Shown one piece after another: positions 19,670 to 27,518 of a DNA stretch of 36,469 bases. The notes below the pieces were generated by a model. The model did not search any database and was not told the DNA's origin. It saw only the letters and a list, made by a program, of their open reading frames with translations. Position 1 is the first letter of the stretch. Every line of letters starts with the position of its first letter. A program made the translations under genes and the position numbers. Source of the stretch: a virus (taxonomy: Duplodnaviria > Heunggongvirae > Uroviricota > Caudoviricetes); IMG/VR virus record IMGVR_UViG_2724679138_000003. One strand, written 5' to 3'.

Positions 19670-20131
19670 TCATCGAAGGCATTGCGTCCTGATGTATTCC
19701 TGCAGATAGTTAACCTGCGCGGTTATCTTGTCGATTCCACTTCGGAGACGGTAATAATTGAGTTCAGCATCTGCTGTAAGTCCTGGGCTTTCTCCATCGC
19801 CCATGCTGCTGGCTCCGGTCGTTGACTTTGCACAGGTGGCGGCGACTTGCAGGCGCTTACGCCCAGCAGAAACATCAGCACGGAGACTTTCGATAGTCGC
19901 GTTAGCATCAGCAAGCTCCTTTGTATATCTGGCATCGAGTTCTGCTACGTCACGTTGACGCTTCTGCATATCAGAGATCGTCGCCATAGCCGAATCTAAT
20001 GCCATAGCGTTTTCGTCGCGCTGTTTTTTGTATTCAATGGCTTTATTGTGGTAATGATTAGCTGACCAGACAAGACCACCAGCGACACAAGCAATAAACG
20101 TTAAAATGAGCGCCCAATAACTCATCTTCAT
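19670..20131 (-). CDS. Spanin inner-membrane subunit (Rz-like)
   Basis: 153 aa, N-terminal TM segment (YWALILTFIACVAGGLVW) then coiled-coil; start overlaps the endolysin stop (ATGA). Confidence 0.8.
   Translation of the reverse strand: MKMSYWALILTFIACVAGGLVWSANHYHNKAIEYKKQRDENAMALDSAMATISDMQKRQRDVAELDARYTKELADANATIESLRADVSAGRKRLQVAATCAKSTTGASSMGDGESPGLTADAELNYYRLRSGIDKITAQVNYLQEYIRTQCLR
19723..19908 (-). CDS. Spanin outer-membrane lipoprotein (Rz1-like), embedded in Rz in another frame
   Basis: MLTRLSKVSVLMFLLGVSAC: signal peptide with lipobox VSAC, then Pro-rich KSPPPVQSQRPEP; lies entirely inside the Rz ORF. Confidence 0.7.
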   Translation of the reverse strand: MLTRLSKVSVLMFLLGVSACKSPPPVQSQRPEPAAWAMEKAQDLQQMLNSIITVSEVESTR

Positions 20132-20742
20132 ACCAGCAGCGCCGCCCGCGCCTTGTTGTATCGGACCTTACGATCCTCAATACCGTTCAAACCGCCGTTA
20201 ATGATGCGCGTAACACGGTTAATATCGGCACCGTAGATCATGCAACCTTTAGAGGTGTAGAACCATGCAGCTGAGCGCGCAGCCTGTAGTTCCTGTTCCA
20301 GTTGTTCAGGTGAAGTCACCAGATCTAACTTCAGCGCCGCGCCACAGATGCGATAATTATGGAGGCCAGTGATTTGAATTAATCCTCTACCACGATATTT
20401 CCAGCCATCACCTGGTGCTTTGTTACCCAGTCGGTTGCTATACACCAGATTGGCAATAGCATCCTGACGAGCTGCATGTCCGGATGTTCTGCCAAGGGCA
20501 TCAGCCTGCTGCTGTGTGATCCTCTTTCCGAACGTCGCCACAAGCGCAGATGGTGTGTAGTTAAGATTTTCAACTACGGCGCTAAACCCCATCGACTCAT
20601 GGCCTACCTGAGCGATAAACATTGCCTGATCCGCTGGTGCTGTAATGCCGAATTCCTTCATCGCCGCATCAATGTGCGGAAACCAGCGCGCAGCCAGCCC
20701 GGCGCTAATACCAGCCGCCTTTTGAAATAATTGTTGGTTCAT
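20128..20742 (-). CDS. Endolysin, glycoside hydrolase family 19 (chitinase-like lysozyme)
   Basis: 204 aa; GH19 signature KYRGRGLIQITGLHNY; HESMGF motif; located between membrane proteins and Rz. Confidence 0.85.
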   Translation of the reverse strand: MNQQLFQKAAGISAGLAARWFPHIDAAMKEFGITAPADQAMFIAQVGHESMGFSAVVENLNYTPSALVATFGKRITQQQADALGRTSGHAARQDAIANLVYSNRLGNKAPGDGWKYRGRGLIQITGLHNYRICGAALKLDLVTSPEQLEQELQAARSAAWFYTSKGCMIYGADINRVTRIINGGLNGIEDRKVRYNKARAALLV

Positions 20743-21023
20743 TAGTGCCTCAGATGATCAACCAGACGTGCAACGTTGCCTCTGACAGCCACCAGCACGG
20801 AAAGAAAAATAGTGTTCGCCACGATAATGGGCCATGAGGAATGGGGATAAATCCCACAGAGATAGGCCAACGGAACAGCACTGTATGTAACAGTAATCAG
20901 CCAGGCTAAACGTGAAACCCAAGGACGATGCCGCGAATCACCACGACGATAAAACATCAGAGTAATAACAACACAAGCACATAACAGCGCATTTATAGTT
21001 GCTGTCGGGTCATTTAGCTCCAC
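20742..21023 (-). CDS. Small 3-TM membrane protein of the lysis cassette (possible holin/antiholin partner)
   Basis: 93 aa with three hydrophobic segments; GTG start at 21023 with GGAGG 5 nt upstream; overlaps the holin 3' end by 14 nt. Confidence 0.55.
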   Translation of the reverse strand: MELNDPTATINALLCACVVITLMFYRRGDSRHRPWVSRLAWLITVTYSAVPLAYLCGIYPHSSWPIIVANTIFLSVLVAVRGNVARLVDHLRH

Positions 21024-21396
21024 CTGAACCTCCCCGGCGCGTTATGAGCGCCACCAGCGAGCCGATATCCTGATTATTCAGGAACGTCAGGATTTTAACG
21101 GCTAAAGCAGAGACGATTACGGCACCAATAGCATCCAGAGGTTTATCACTGTATCCGGTCAAGTTCGCCAGCTTGGAGCCAACCAACCCAGAGCAAAGAA
21201 TCCCGGCAATATATGACACGATAAAATATGCCAGTCGGCGCGATGCACTCAGATCTGCAGCTGTTGCTATGTAGAATACAGCCCCTGCAAATGCGCCAAA
21301 TACAACGCCGTAATCAGTTCCGGTCAGCAGTCCATAAACACTGGCACCCGTCAGGGCACCACCAGCCAGCCCAGTACCGGAAATCGGATCGGACAT
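21010..21396 (-). CDS. Putative holin (Gly-rich multi-TM protein)
   Basis: 128 aa, Gly/Ala-rich hydrophobic segments and charged C-terminus (ITRRGGSGGAK); first gene of the lysis cluster; GAGGGGG upstream. Confidence 0.65.
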   Translation of the reverse strand: MSDPISGTGLAGGALTGASVYGLLTGTDYGVVFGAFAGAVFYIATAADLSASRRLAYFIVSYIAGILCSGLVGSKLANLTGYSDKPLDAIGAVIVSALAVKILTFLNNQDIGSLVALITRRGGSGGAK

Positions 21397-21443
21397 TTAG
21401 CCCCCTCTTAATTGCTGTTGGTCCTCTCAGAACGAGGGGAAAC

Positions 21444-21469
21444 AAAAAAGGCCGCATTAAGGCGGCCTT
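21444..21469 (-). terminator. Rho-independent terminator after the moron ORF
   Basis: Minus-strand AAGGCCGC-cttaat-GCGGCCTT followed by TTTTTTG. Confidence 0.65.
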
Positions 21470-21486
21470 GGTAAGGTATAGTTTTT

Positions 21487-22083
21487 TTAAGATAAACTTT
21501 GATTGATATACTCATGACACCCAAAAATAAAGGCGTTTTGTGCATCAATAAATGACTTTTTTTCTTCCGGAGTAAAATACCCTTTTGTAAAACATACTTT
21601 TAGCGCTTTTTGAAGATCTGCCGTCAGGGTTATCAACTTACAACCTTCCTCATCAGGCCTTATTAATAGAAGTAATTTATTTTTACTTATTTCAGCGGCC
21701 TTTATTGGAACTTGAATCTCCTCAGGGAAAACACCCTTAGCCAATATATCCATATTCTTATTTCCGACCAGATGCCATTGCTCAAATGTGCTGGCCAACA
21801 TAATTACGTCTGTCACATGCTCAGCGCCAGCAAAACGTATTTGTTGCGCCAATTCTTTATTAGTATTCAAGTGAGCCTGTAATGTGGCTAAGGCAAAATT
21901 TTCTTTGATTGCCCTGTATGCAACCCAACCAGTTATTCCTGCGGCAATAACGCCTGCAAGAGCAGTAATGAGTGTTTCAAAAGGAAAGGAAGAACTGATT
22001 TCAATTGGCGGTAATTTTTCTATTACCAAGGTCAACTCGCCAGTAGTTTTTTCGAAAGCGTACGGTACGTTTTGCCAAGTCAT
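21487..22083 (-). CDS. Moron: membrane-anchored protein of unknown function between Q and holin
   Basis: 198 aa; one predicted TM helix (TLITALAGVIAAGITGWVAY) near residue 36-57; strong SD (GGAGG); AT-rich relative to neighbours; flanked by hairpin terminators on both sides. Confidence 0.65.
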   Translation of the reverse strand: MTWQNVPYAFEKTTGELTLVIEKLPPIEISSSFPFETLITALAGVIAAGITGWVAYRAIKENFALATLQAHLNTNKELAQQIRFAGAEHVTDVIMLASTFEQWHLVGNKNMDILAKGVFPEEIQVPIKAAEISKNKLLLLIRPDEEGCKLITLTADLQKALKVCFTKGYFTPEEKKSFIDAQNAFIFGCHEYINQSLS

Positions 22084-22113
22084 GAAGCCTCCTGAGTTTC
22101 AGAGGAATCATAA

Positions 22114-22138
22114 CAAAAAAACCCGCTCAATGGCGGGC
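22114..22138 (-). terminator. tR'-like Rho-independent terminator downstream of Q
   Basis: Minus-strand CCCGC-cattga-GCGGG followed by TTTTTTTG, about 50 nt past the Q-like stop. Confidence 0.6.
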
Positions 22139-22189
22139 TCTTAATGTTGTGTTGCTCAGTTCGCTTTAACGTCCCGAGCCTACCACAAT

Positions 22190-22768
22190 TTAAGCACTTT
22201 CTTGCTCACTCTGCAACTTAAATCTGTCGCTATTTGTGCCGAATGCGTCACAAACTGGAGCGTACAGGATCGATTCTGCAAGACTTAGCCAAGTGTCAAT
22301 GCGTCGACGACAGGTGATCAGCGGCCAGTCAGGATGTTTAGCCTGCAGTTCATTGGCCATCTGCAACTTGCTCTTACGAAGACGATACCGGTCAACAATC
22401 ACGCTATAGAGCGATCGGTAGTCATCATTCATCAGTACTGAAGCAATGACACCGTCCACTAACAACCCTTCTTCATCTGAACAGAACGCCAGGCCGCTTT
22501 TATTTTTGCTGTTGAGAATTTCACGCAGGTACGCTTCAAGTTCAGGCTTGGTGATACCCGCTATCTTCATCCGGCGTAGCGCTTCATTGATAGCTGTCTT
22601 GGTGATTTTCCCGGATGCCAGAAGCTGGTTAAACATGTTTCCACCACTACCACCGCCGATATAAGACCAGCGGCCCCACATGCGCAACTTGCCTTGTATC
22701 CAGATACTTTCCAGAGTACGAAGGCGAACCATTTCACCTGATTTGCCAACTTCAGAAGGATTAATCAT
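22190..22768 (-). CDS. Putative late-gene antiterminator (Q-like)
   Basis: 192 aa; position between YdfU and the terminator/lysis genes; motif LRMWGRWS resembles the W-G-x-W motif recalled for phage antitermination Q family. No zinc finger, so not lambda-type Q. Confidence 0.5.
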   Translation of the reverse strand: MINPSEVGKSGEMVRLRTLESIWIQGKLRMWGRWSYIGGGSGGNMFNQLLASGKITKTAINEALRRMKIAGITKPELEAYLREILNSKNKSGLAFCSDEEGLLVDGVIASVLMNDDYRSLYSVIVDRYRLRKSKLQMANELQAKHPDWPLITCRRRIDTWLSLAESILYAPVCDAFGTNSDRFKLQSEQESA

Positions 22769-22782
22769 TTAGCATTCTCCAC

Positions 22783-23832
22783 TTACGCCAGTACGCCTAT
22801 TGCCAGCGCACGATCGATAAAACGAAATATCAGCTCCAGCTGGGAGCCATACTTCTCTTCAAATGCCACGGTATCCGCATGCAGCTTGTCGTGATGCTTT
22901 CTGCACAAAGGCAACACAAAGAGATCATGTGCTTTGGTTCCCATTCCGCCCTGCCCGTGACCAATCAGATGATGCGGATCGTCGGCTGGCATACCGCAGC
23001 AAGCACACGGCTGTGTCTTAACCCAGCGTGTGTATTTCTCCTTAACCCAACGGTGACGTTTAGGCAGCTTCATGAAAGATTCCGGAGACTCTGGATCAAC
23101 GGTGATGCTTACCACCGTCTTTTCCTGTGATGGGTTTTGTTGCTGGTGGGCGTGAGGCAACGGTGCAAGATTTTTTGTGCGCTGTTTCAATATGCTGGTG
23201 GCGGTCTGCTCTCCCGGTACGATGTCGCTTTCGCGGTACACCGAGCAGTTTTTTTCCGCTGGTAATCCCAGCGAGCGACGTAATACCACTTCCGGTAGCG
23301 CGTCCGCCACCTGATTGCGGACCGCCCACCAGGATAATTCAGCCAGAGATAATTCACGCTCCTGCGTACCGCTTATTGCGTGACCGATGACGTCAATCAT
23401 CCATGCTGACAGGTTTTGATGAGCAAGTTGCTCGAGTGATTCGGATGTCTGGTCACGCAGCTGGTTGTCGCAGTGCCAGCACAACACCATTGCGCCGGTA
23501 CCATAACGGTGAATAACGGTTTCGCTGTGATGATAATCGCCGTGTGGCCACTGGCAGGATTTAATATGGCGCAACAGCCAGTCAGACAATGCACCAGCAC
23601 CACCAGCAGCACGAATTACCCGTGCGTTACTGAAAAACGGCAGCAATGTTTTGTCTTCCACCAGCGGCTGGCGAACGGCAGGAACGACCCCGGACGGCAG
23701 ATTACGCATGCTTTTCGGTTCCGGCTCCACCAGTACCCGGGTATTGTGGAATACCGGCATGGATTCACGGCCCGGCTTAACGACCACCAGCCCGAGTTCC
23801 GGTACCAGAACAGGTCGAAGTAATACCCGCAC
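22783..23832 (-). CDS. ydfU: YdfU-like DUF968 protein (C-terminal CxxC / HxxGxG / HH nuclease-like module)
   Basis: 349 aa; C-terminus ...QPCACCGMPADDPHHLIGHGQGG...LPLCRKHHDKLH; GTG start with GGAGG; same size and position as Qin ydfU (recalled). Confidence 0.65.
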   Translation of the reverse strand: MRVLLRPVLVPELGLVVVKPGRESMPVFHNTRVLVEPEPKSMRNLPSGVVPAVRQPLVEDKTLLPFFSNARVIRAAGGAGALSDWLLRHIKSCQWPHGDYHHSETVIHRYGTGAMVLCWHCDNQLRDQTSESLEQLAHQNLSAWMIDVIGHAISGTQERELSLAELSWWAVRNQVADALPEVVLRRSLGLPAEKNCSVYRESDIVPGEQTATSILKQRTKNLAPLPHAHQQQNPSQEKTVVSITVDPESPESFMKLPKRHRWVKEKYTRWVKTQPCACCGMPADDPHHLIGHGQGGMGTKAHDLFVLPLCRKHHDKLHADTVAFEEKYGSQLELIFRFIDRALAIGVLA

Positions 23833-23833
23833 G

Positions 23834-24112
23834 TTACCTCCAGATGCGTTGCTGGAATGTACGGGACGGACGCGGTGGGCGTTCGGAGTAAGGCAATCTG
23901 ACTGAGATTATCCAGTGACGGTAGTCGAGACTAAGAGCTTTCTTAACCTCGTATCCGCGCCTGCGGTAACACTGAATTATCCATTCAGCCTGCTCTTCAG
24001 TGCATGGAGGGTGCTGGAACCATTCAGACTTGAATGCGTGAGAATACCGCTCGTGCGTGCAGGCAAGAACGGGCGAATTATCAGAATTGTAATATTTTAC
24101 GTTGCGTGCCAT
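23834..24112 (-). CDS. Hypothetical nin-region protein (Cys/His-containing, 92 aa)
   Basis: ATG 24112 with GGAG upstream; ...LACTHERYSHAF...HPPCTEEQAEWIIQCYRRRG; tightly packed before ydfU. Confidence 0.5.
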   Translation of the reverse strand: MARNVKYYNSDNSPVLACTHERYSHAFKSEWFQHPPCTEEQAEWIIQCYRRRGYEVKKALSLDYRHWIISVRLPYSERPPRPSRTFQQRIWR

Positions 24113-24178
24113 CGGTTTTCTCCGGTGGCACGGTGTTACTCAGCGGGAGTTCAGCCCCGCGCAAGATTGTAGATGAGT

Positions 24179-24442
24179 TTATTCTTCTGCAAAAGCTGAA
24201 AAGCCTGCTTTTATTCCGATCTCTTTCAGTGCCTGTAATGAAGTGACAAACTCACCTTCGCGCAAGATAAATCCGTCTGTCACTCGACCATCCACAAAAT
24301 TAATTAACGCAGCCCCATTCTTTCGCAAACACATAATGCGGTAATGACTAACAAGATTTCCATTTTCAACGCACACAGCATAGAGGCCATCTTCACAAAA
24401 ATTTTTACGCAGTTCTTCGATGTTCATCATCATGTTCATCAT
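24179..24442 (-). CDS. Hypothetical protein (87 aa)
   Basis: ATG with GGAAGG SD; no recognizable motif. Confidence 0.45.
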   Translation of the reverse strand: MMNMMMNIEELRKNFCEDGLYAVCVENGNLVSHYRIMCLRKNGAALINFVDGRVTDGFILREGEFVTSLQALKEIGIKAGFSAFAEE

Positions 24443-24559
24443 CAGAATCCTTCCGGATAATTAGCTCTCCCCTTTAAGGGACCATCCCTCTTCTCCCTGC
24501 GCGCTACTTAAGTATTTTTGATTCTATTCCGGCACCGTCCAGAACTTCAAACGCGTTGA

Positions 24560-24590
24560 AAATAAAAACAAAAACCCGCCGAAGCGGGTT
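24560..24590 (-). terminator. Rho-independent terminator downstream of hokD
   Basis: Minus-strand AACCCGC-ttcg-GCGGGTT followed by TTTGTTTTTATTTT; a perfect 9-bp hairpin (GGCGAGGGA-tttc-TCCCTCGCC, 24630-24651) lies between it and the hokD stop. Confidence 0.7.
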
Positions 24591-24658
24591 AAGTGCGGGT
24601 GCGTTGAGGATGCCTGCCACATCAGAGGTGGCGAGGGATTTCTCCCTCGCCGGGTCTC

Positions 24659-24814
24659 TTACTCCTCAGGTTCGTAAGCTGTGAAGACAGCGACCTCCGT
24701 CTGGCCGGTTCGGATTCGTACCTCGCAAAGGTCTTTCCTCGTTACCAGTGCCGTCACTATGACGGTTAAACAGATGACGATCAGGGCGATTAACATCGCC
24801 TTTTGCTGCTTCAT
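24659..24814 (-). CDS. hokD: Hok/Gef-family type I toxin (HokD/RelF-like)
   Basis: 51 aa, MKQQKAMLIALIVICLTVIVTALVTRKDLCEVRIRTGQTEVAVFTAYEPEE: N-terminal TM helix and conserved Hok C-terminus; matches K-12 HokD as recalled. Confidence 0.85.
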   Translation of the reverse strand: MKQQKAMLIALIVICLTVIVTALVTRKDLCEVRIRTGQTEVAVFTAYEPEE

Positions 24815-25279
24815 AGCCTGCTTCTCCTTGCCTTTCGGCACGTAAGAGGCTAACCTACATGTGTCTAGCATGAAATTGGCCTCAGATTAATGTTAAGCGT
24901 CTTGCAGGACGCGTAATGTTAACTGGGGCTTTTCTCTATCTGCCGTTGGTGTTCATGCCCGAGGCAGATAGCCTCAAGCACCCGCAGTCATTCTACTTAA
25001 CTACCGTTACCTCGCCAATGTGAAATCAGTCAGAAAGGCGATCCATAAGAACAATAGCAAGACAATAAATCGCCATTACAGCCGTAATAGCCAGCGCACA
25101 TTTGAGAACCAGCACCACAACCTCCTGTATTGGACGTACACCAGTCCTGATGAATATGAGGCTGTCTCGTCAGTGATTCAATACAACTATTGGGTATAGT
25201 TTCTCTGATTTTTTCTGTGGAAATGGGGCTCAACCACTAGTCATTTAATACGCAAAGTCCGACACAAGCTAACCTTCTA

Positions 25280-25303
25280 GTCCGCTTTGAGCGAGGAGCG
25301 GAC
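25280..25303. repeat. 24-bp hairpin element, left boundary of AT-rich island
   Basis: GTCCGCTTTGAGCGAGGAGCGGAC: 7-bp stem GTCCGCT/AGCGGAC. A 22/24-identical inverted copy lies at 27769-27792. Confidence 0.6.
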
Positions 25304-25623
25304 CTTGTGTAAAAATCCCCATACCGGTTGATCGCGCTGAATGTTAGGTTCATAAACGACACAGGGTACATCGTAATGCTGCTCTATTGCTTCGTAAGTG
25401 ATTCCCAATCGCTGCATCACTCGCTGAGAAGGAGTTCGACAACAGCCACTAAATAGTTGTGCATAGAGAACGACTGGAAAAGGCCGTAGGAACTTACAAA
25501 TCTCAATTCACGGTAGAGTATGATATGGGTATTCAATATAAATACAGCCCTCAAAGGTTTAAATATGAACGGAAGTGTTAAAAACAATCTATCGTCAAAA
25601 AAGTACAAGCTAAAAGAAAAATT

Positions 25624-25911
25624 TTGAATTTGAATCGCGAGCTTTCTAATGGAAAGATCACTCAGGCTGATTATTGTCTATACAAAAAACTGTTTGAAGA
25701 CTACATTCAGGTATTAACATTTCAACACACAAGAATTTTTGTGGAAAAAGATTTAATAGAACTATCAAATCATCGAAGTGGAGTATTCATTACAACTCAG
25801 CATGATACATTAGTAAATAGACTTGACAAAATTGATTATGAAATTGACAGATTAAAAAACTGTTTAAATAAAAAAATTATCGATTACACAAAATTCACAT
25901 CCCTATATTAG
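25624..25911 (+). CDS. Questionable AT-rich ORF (95 codons, no in-frame ATG)
   Basis: Track ORF starts at TTG with no SD. A 20-codon ATG ORF with SD (25565-25627) sits upstream in another frame and ends in A-runs. May be a frameshifted gene or non-coding. Confidence 0.25.
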   Translation: MNLNRELSNGKITQADYCLYKKLFEDYIQVLTFQHTRIFVEKDLIELSNHRSGVFITTQHDTLVNRLDKIDYEIDRLKNCLNKKIIDYTKFTSLY

Positions 25912-26004
25912 GATTTTCTAAGAGTACGACACCGTCACATTTAAATATTATTTGTAGAGGTAAAATGACAGCCTGACGGCGGTATTTCATTGCGAAATGC
26001 TATT

Positions 26005-26027
26005 TAAAAGACCGCATTGAGCGGTCT
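26005..26027 (-). terminator. Hairpin terminator downstream of the island ORF pair
   Basis: Minus-strand AGACCGC-tcaat-GCGGTCT followed by TTTAAAT; about 40 nt past the TAG stop at 26064. Confidence 0.5.
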
Positions 26028-26063
26028 TATGTATCTCACAACATATTACAGAATGACTTTAAA

Positions 26064-26819
26064 CTATTGTTTTAATAACATTTCAAAATCCTCATTCCAG
26101 TGCGTGTTTTGTGAAATACGGGTATCAATTTCATCAAGCAGCATATCATGAGAAAGTATGCTTAAAGGGTCATTCCCATTTTTACCAAAACGCATCGTAG
26201 TTTCTGCTATTTCCCAATCTTCTGCGCTGATTGATGGCTGTATTGCATGGCAGTAGATAGCCTTCACATCCTTTTCATGACAGTCAAAATTATTGATGCT
26301 TTCTGCAATTTTACGAGCTCTTTCAATTTCGACAACTGGACCATGTAAAGTTTCATATGATATATGCACAATTGTAGGGGTATTATCTGGAACCTGTCGT
26401 ACCGCTTTGCTTAAGTGCGTTTTAATATCTTTTGCTTTTTTATTAATCGATTCCTCTGCTATACATTCCCAACGAGCACAGTAACCAGAGTGTATTCCAG
26501 TGCAAAAAATGTTAAGTATATCAACACCGTCGTCCGGACCTACTCGTACAAGTCCTTTTGGGGCACAAAGATGAGTGTAATTTTCGCTGCTGCTAAAACT
26601 TCCGGCCAACAACGAAACCATCTGTGGAGAGTTCCATTTAACCATGTATTTATCAAAATGCTCATTGATATTTTTCATATCTATTCTATTAATCAGTATT
26701 ATAATTTCATCATTTTCTATTCTCAGTGACTTTCTCGTCGAGATATTAGACTTTATTTCATTGAAGATTTTTGCTAAAATATATTCATCTGTATCTTTTA
26801 CTTCAACCTTGAAAAGCAC
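26064..26819 (-). CDS. Island ORF B (251 codons), unknown function; possibly the C-terminal part of a gene split by a TAA
   Basis: Same frame as ORF A with only one TAA (26886-26888) and 22 sense codons between them; no ATG or SD of its own (track start is GTG 26819); AT-rich codon usage. Confidence 0.5.
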   Translation of the reverse strand: MLFKVEVKDTDEYILAKIFNEIKSNISTRKSLRIENDEIIILINRIDMKNINEHFDKYMVKWNSPQMVSLLAGSFSSSENYTHLCAPKGLVRVGPDDGVDILNIFCTGIHSGYCARWECIAEESINKKAKDIKTHLSKAVRQVPDNTPTIVHISYETLHGPVVEIERARKIAESINNFDCHEKDVKAIYCHAIQPSISAEDWEIAETTMRFGKNGNDPLSILSHDMLLDEIDTRISQNTHWNEDFEMLLKQ

Positions 26820-26885
26820 GTCTAAAAATATGTTTTGTCTAGACTGAGTTAGAATAGGTACTAAATTGAGCCATCTTTGCCTCCA

Positions 26886-27518
26886 TTATCGACGCTCATT
26901 TTCAGAATATTCAGTCACTTTAGATAAACGCTTACATTCCACAAAAAAGCTTTCTTCACCTTTAGTAACTTTTAAATCAGGAGTTTTATTTAATGCTGTT
27001 TCTGGAATAAATTCTACTCTATAACCATTGCGCGCATACATAATCGCAACAACTAATTCAAACAATGTTGAATCAGGTTGATTTATTTTACCGTTAAGAA
27101 ATTCCGAAAGTTTTTCATCAATCCCAACAATTTTTTTTGCAAGCTCAATATGTCTTCCAACAGCCGCAAAAAAGGGAAATACTCGGGCTGATTGCGCTAA
27201 CTCGCTAACTAAAGGCCGTTCATGTAAGCATTCTACAAGAAAAAGATACCATGCAACCCAATCCTCATGAAATGCCACCCTATTTTTTGGCTCTTCCATA
27301 CTCTTCATTGCTTGGTCAAAATTCTTATAGGTGTTATCTTCCTGTTCTCTGAAGTACTTGACTACATTTTTTTTGCGAGTCTCCCAAGTATCCTTTTCCA
27401 GATAAGATAAAAACCAGTCCAATGCAATTTTCGTATGATGATGCCAGGGACTGGTATCCGTTGCTGCAAAAATCTCTTGTAGTTCTTTTGAATATTCCAA
27501 TGTCTGTGTGTTAGCCAT
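26886..27518 (-). CDS. Island ORF A (210 aa), unknown function with C-terminal PD-(D/E)xK-like motif
   Basis: ATG 27518 with GAGG 6 nt upstream; C-terminal ...LFELVVAIMYARNGYRVEFIPETALNKTPDLKVTKGEESFFVECKRL has helix-E, PD, and hydrophobic-ExK spacing typical of the restriction-endonuclease fold. Confidence 0.6.
   Translation of the reverse strand: MANTQTLEYSKELQEIFAATDTSPWHHHTKIALDWFLSYLEKDTWETRKKNVVKYFREQEDNTYKNFDQAMKSMEEPKNRVAFHEDWVAWYLFLVECLHERPLVSELAQSARVFPFFAAVGRHIELAKKIVGIDEKLSEFLNGKINQPDSTLFELVVAIMYARNGYRVEFIPETALNKTPDLKVTKGEESFFVECKRLSKVTEYSENERR

Noticed and set aside
22190-22768. Lambda-type Q with zinc finger
   Set aside because: The protein lacks the CxxC...CxxC zinc-binding motif of lambda Q. 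It is called a Q-like antiterminator only by position and a WG-x-W-type motif, hence the moderate confidence.
24872-25279. relB/relE genes upstream of hokD
   Set aside because: Looked for because K-12 hokD is part of relBEF, but no RelB- or RelE-like reading frame is present in this interval in the track.
25417-25608. 63-codon minus-strand ORF
   Set aside because: Hydrophobic low-complexity translation in AT-rich intergenic DNA, no SD, overlaps the putative leader of the plus-strand ORF.
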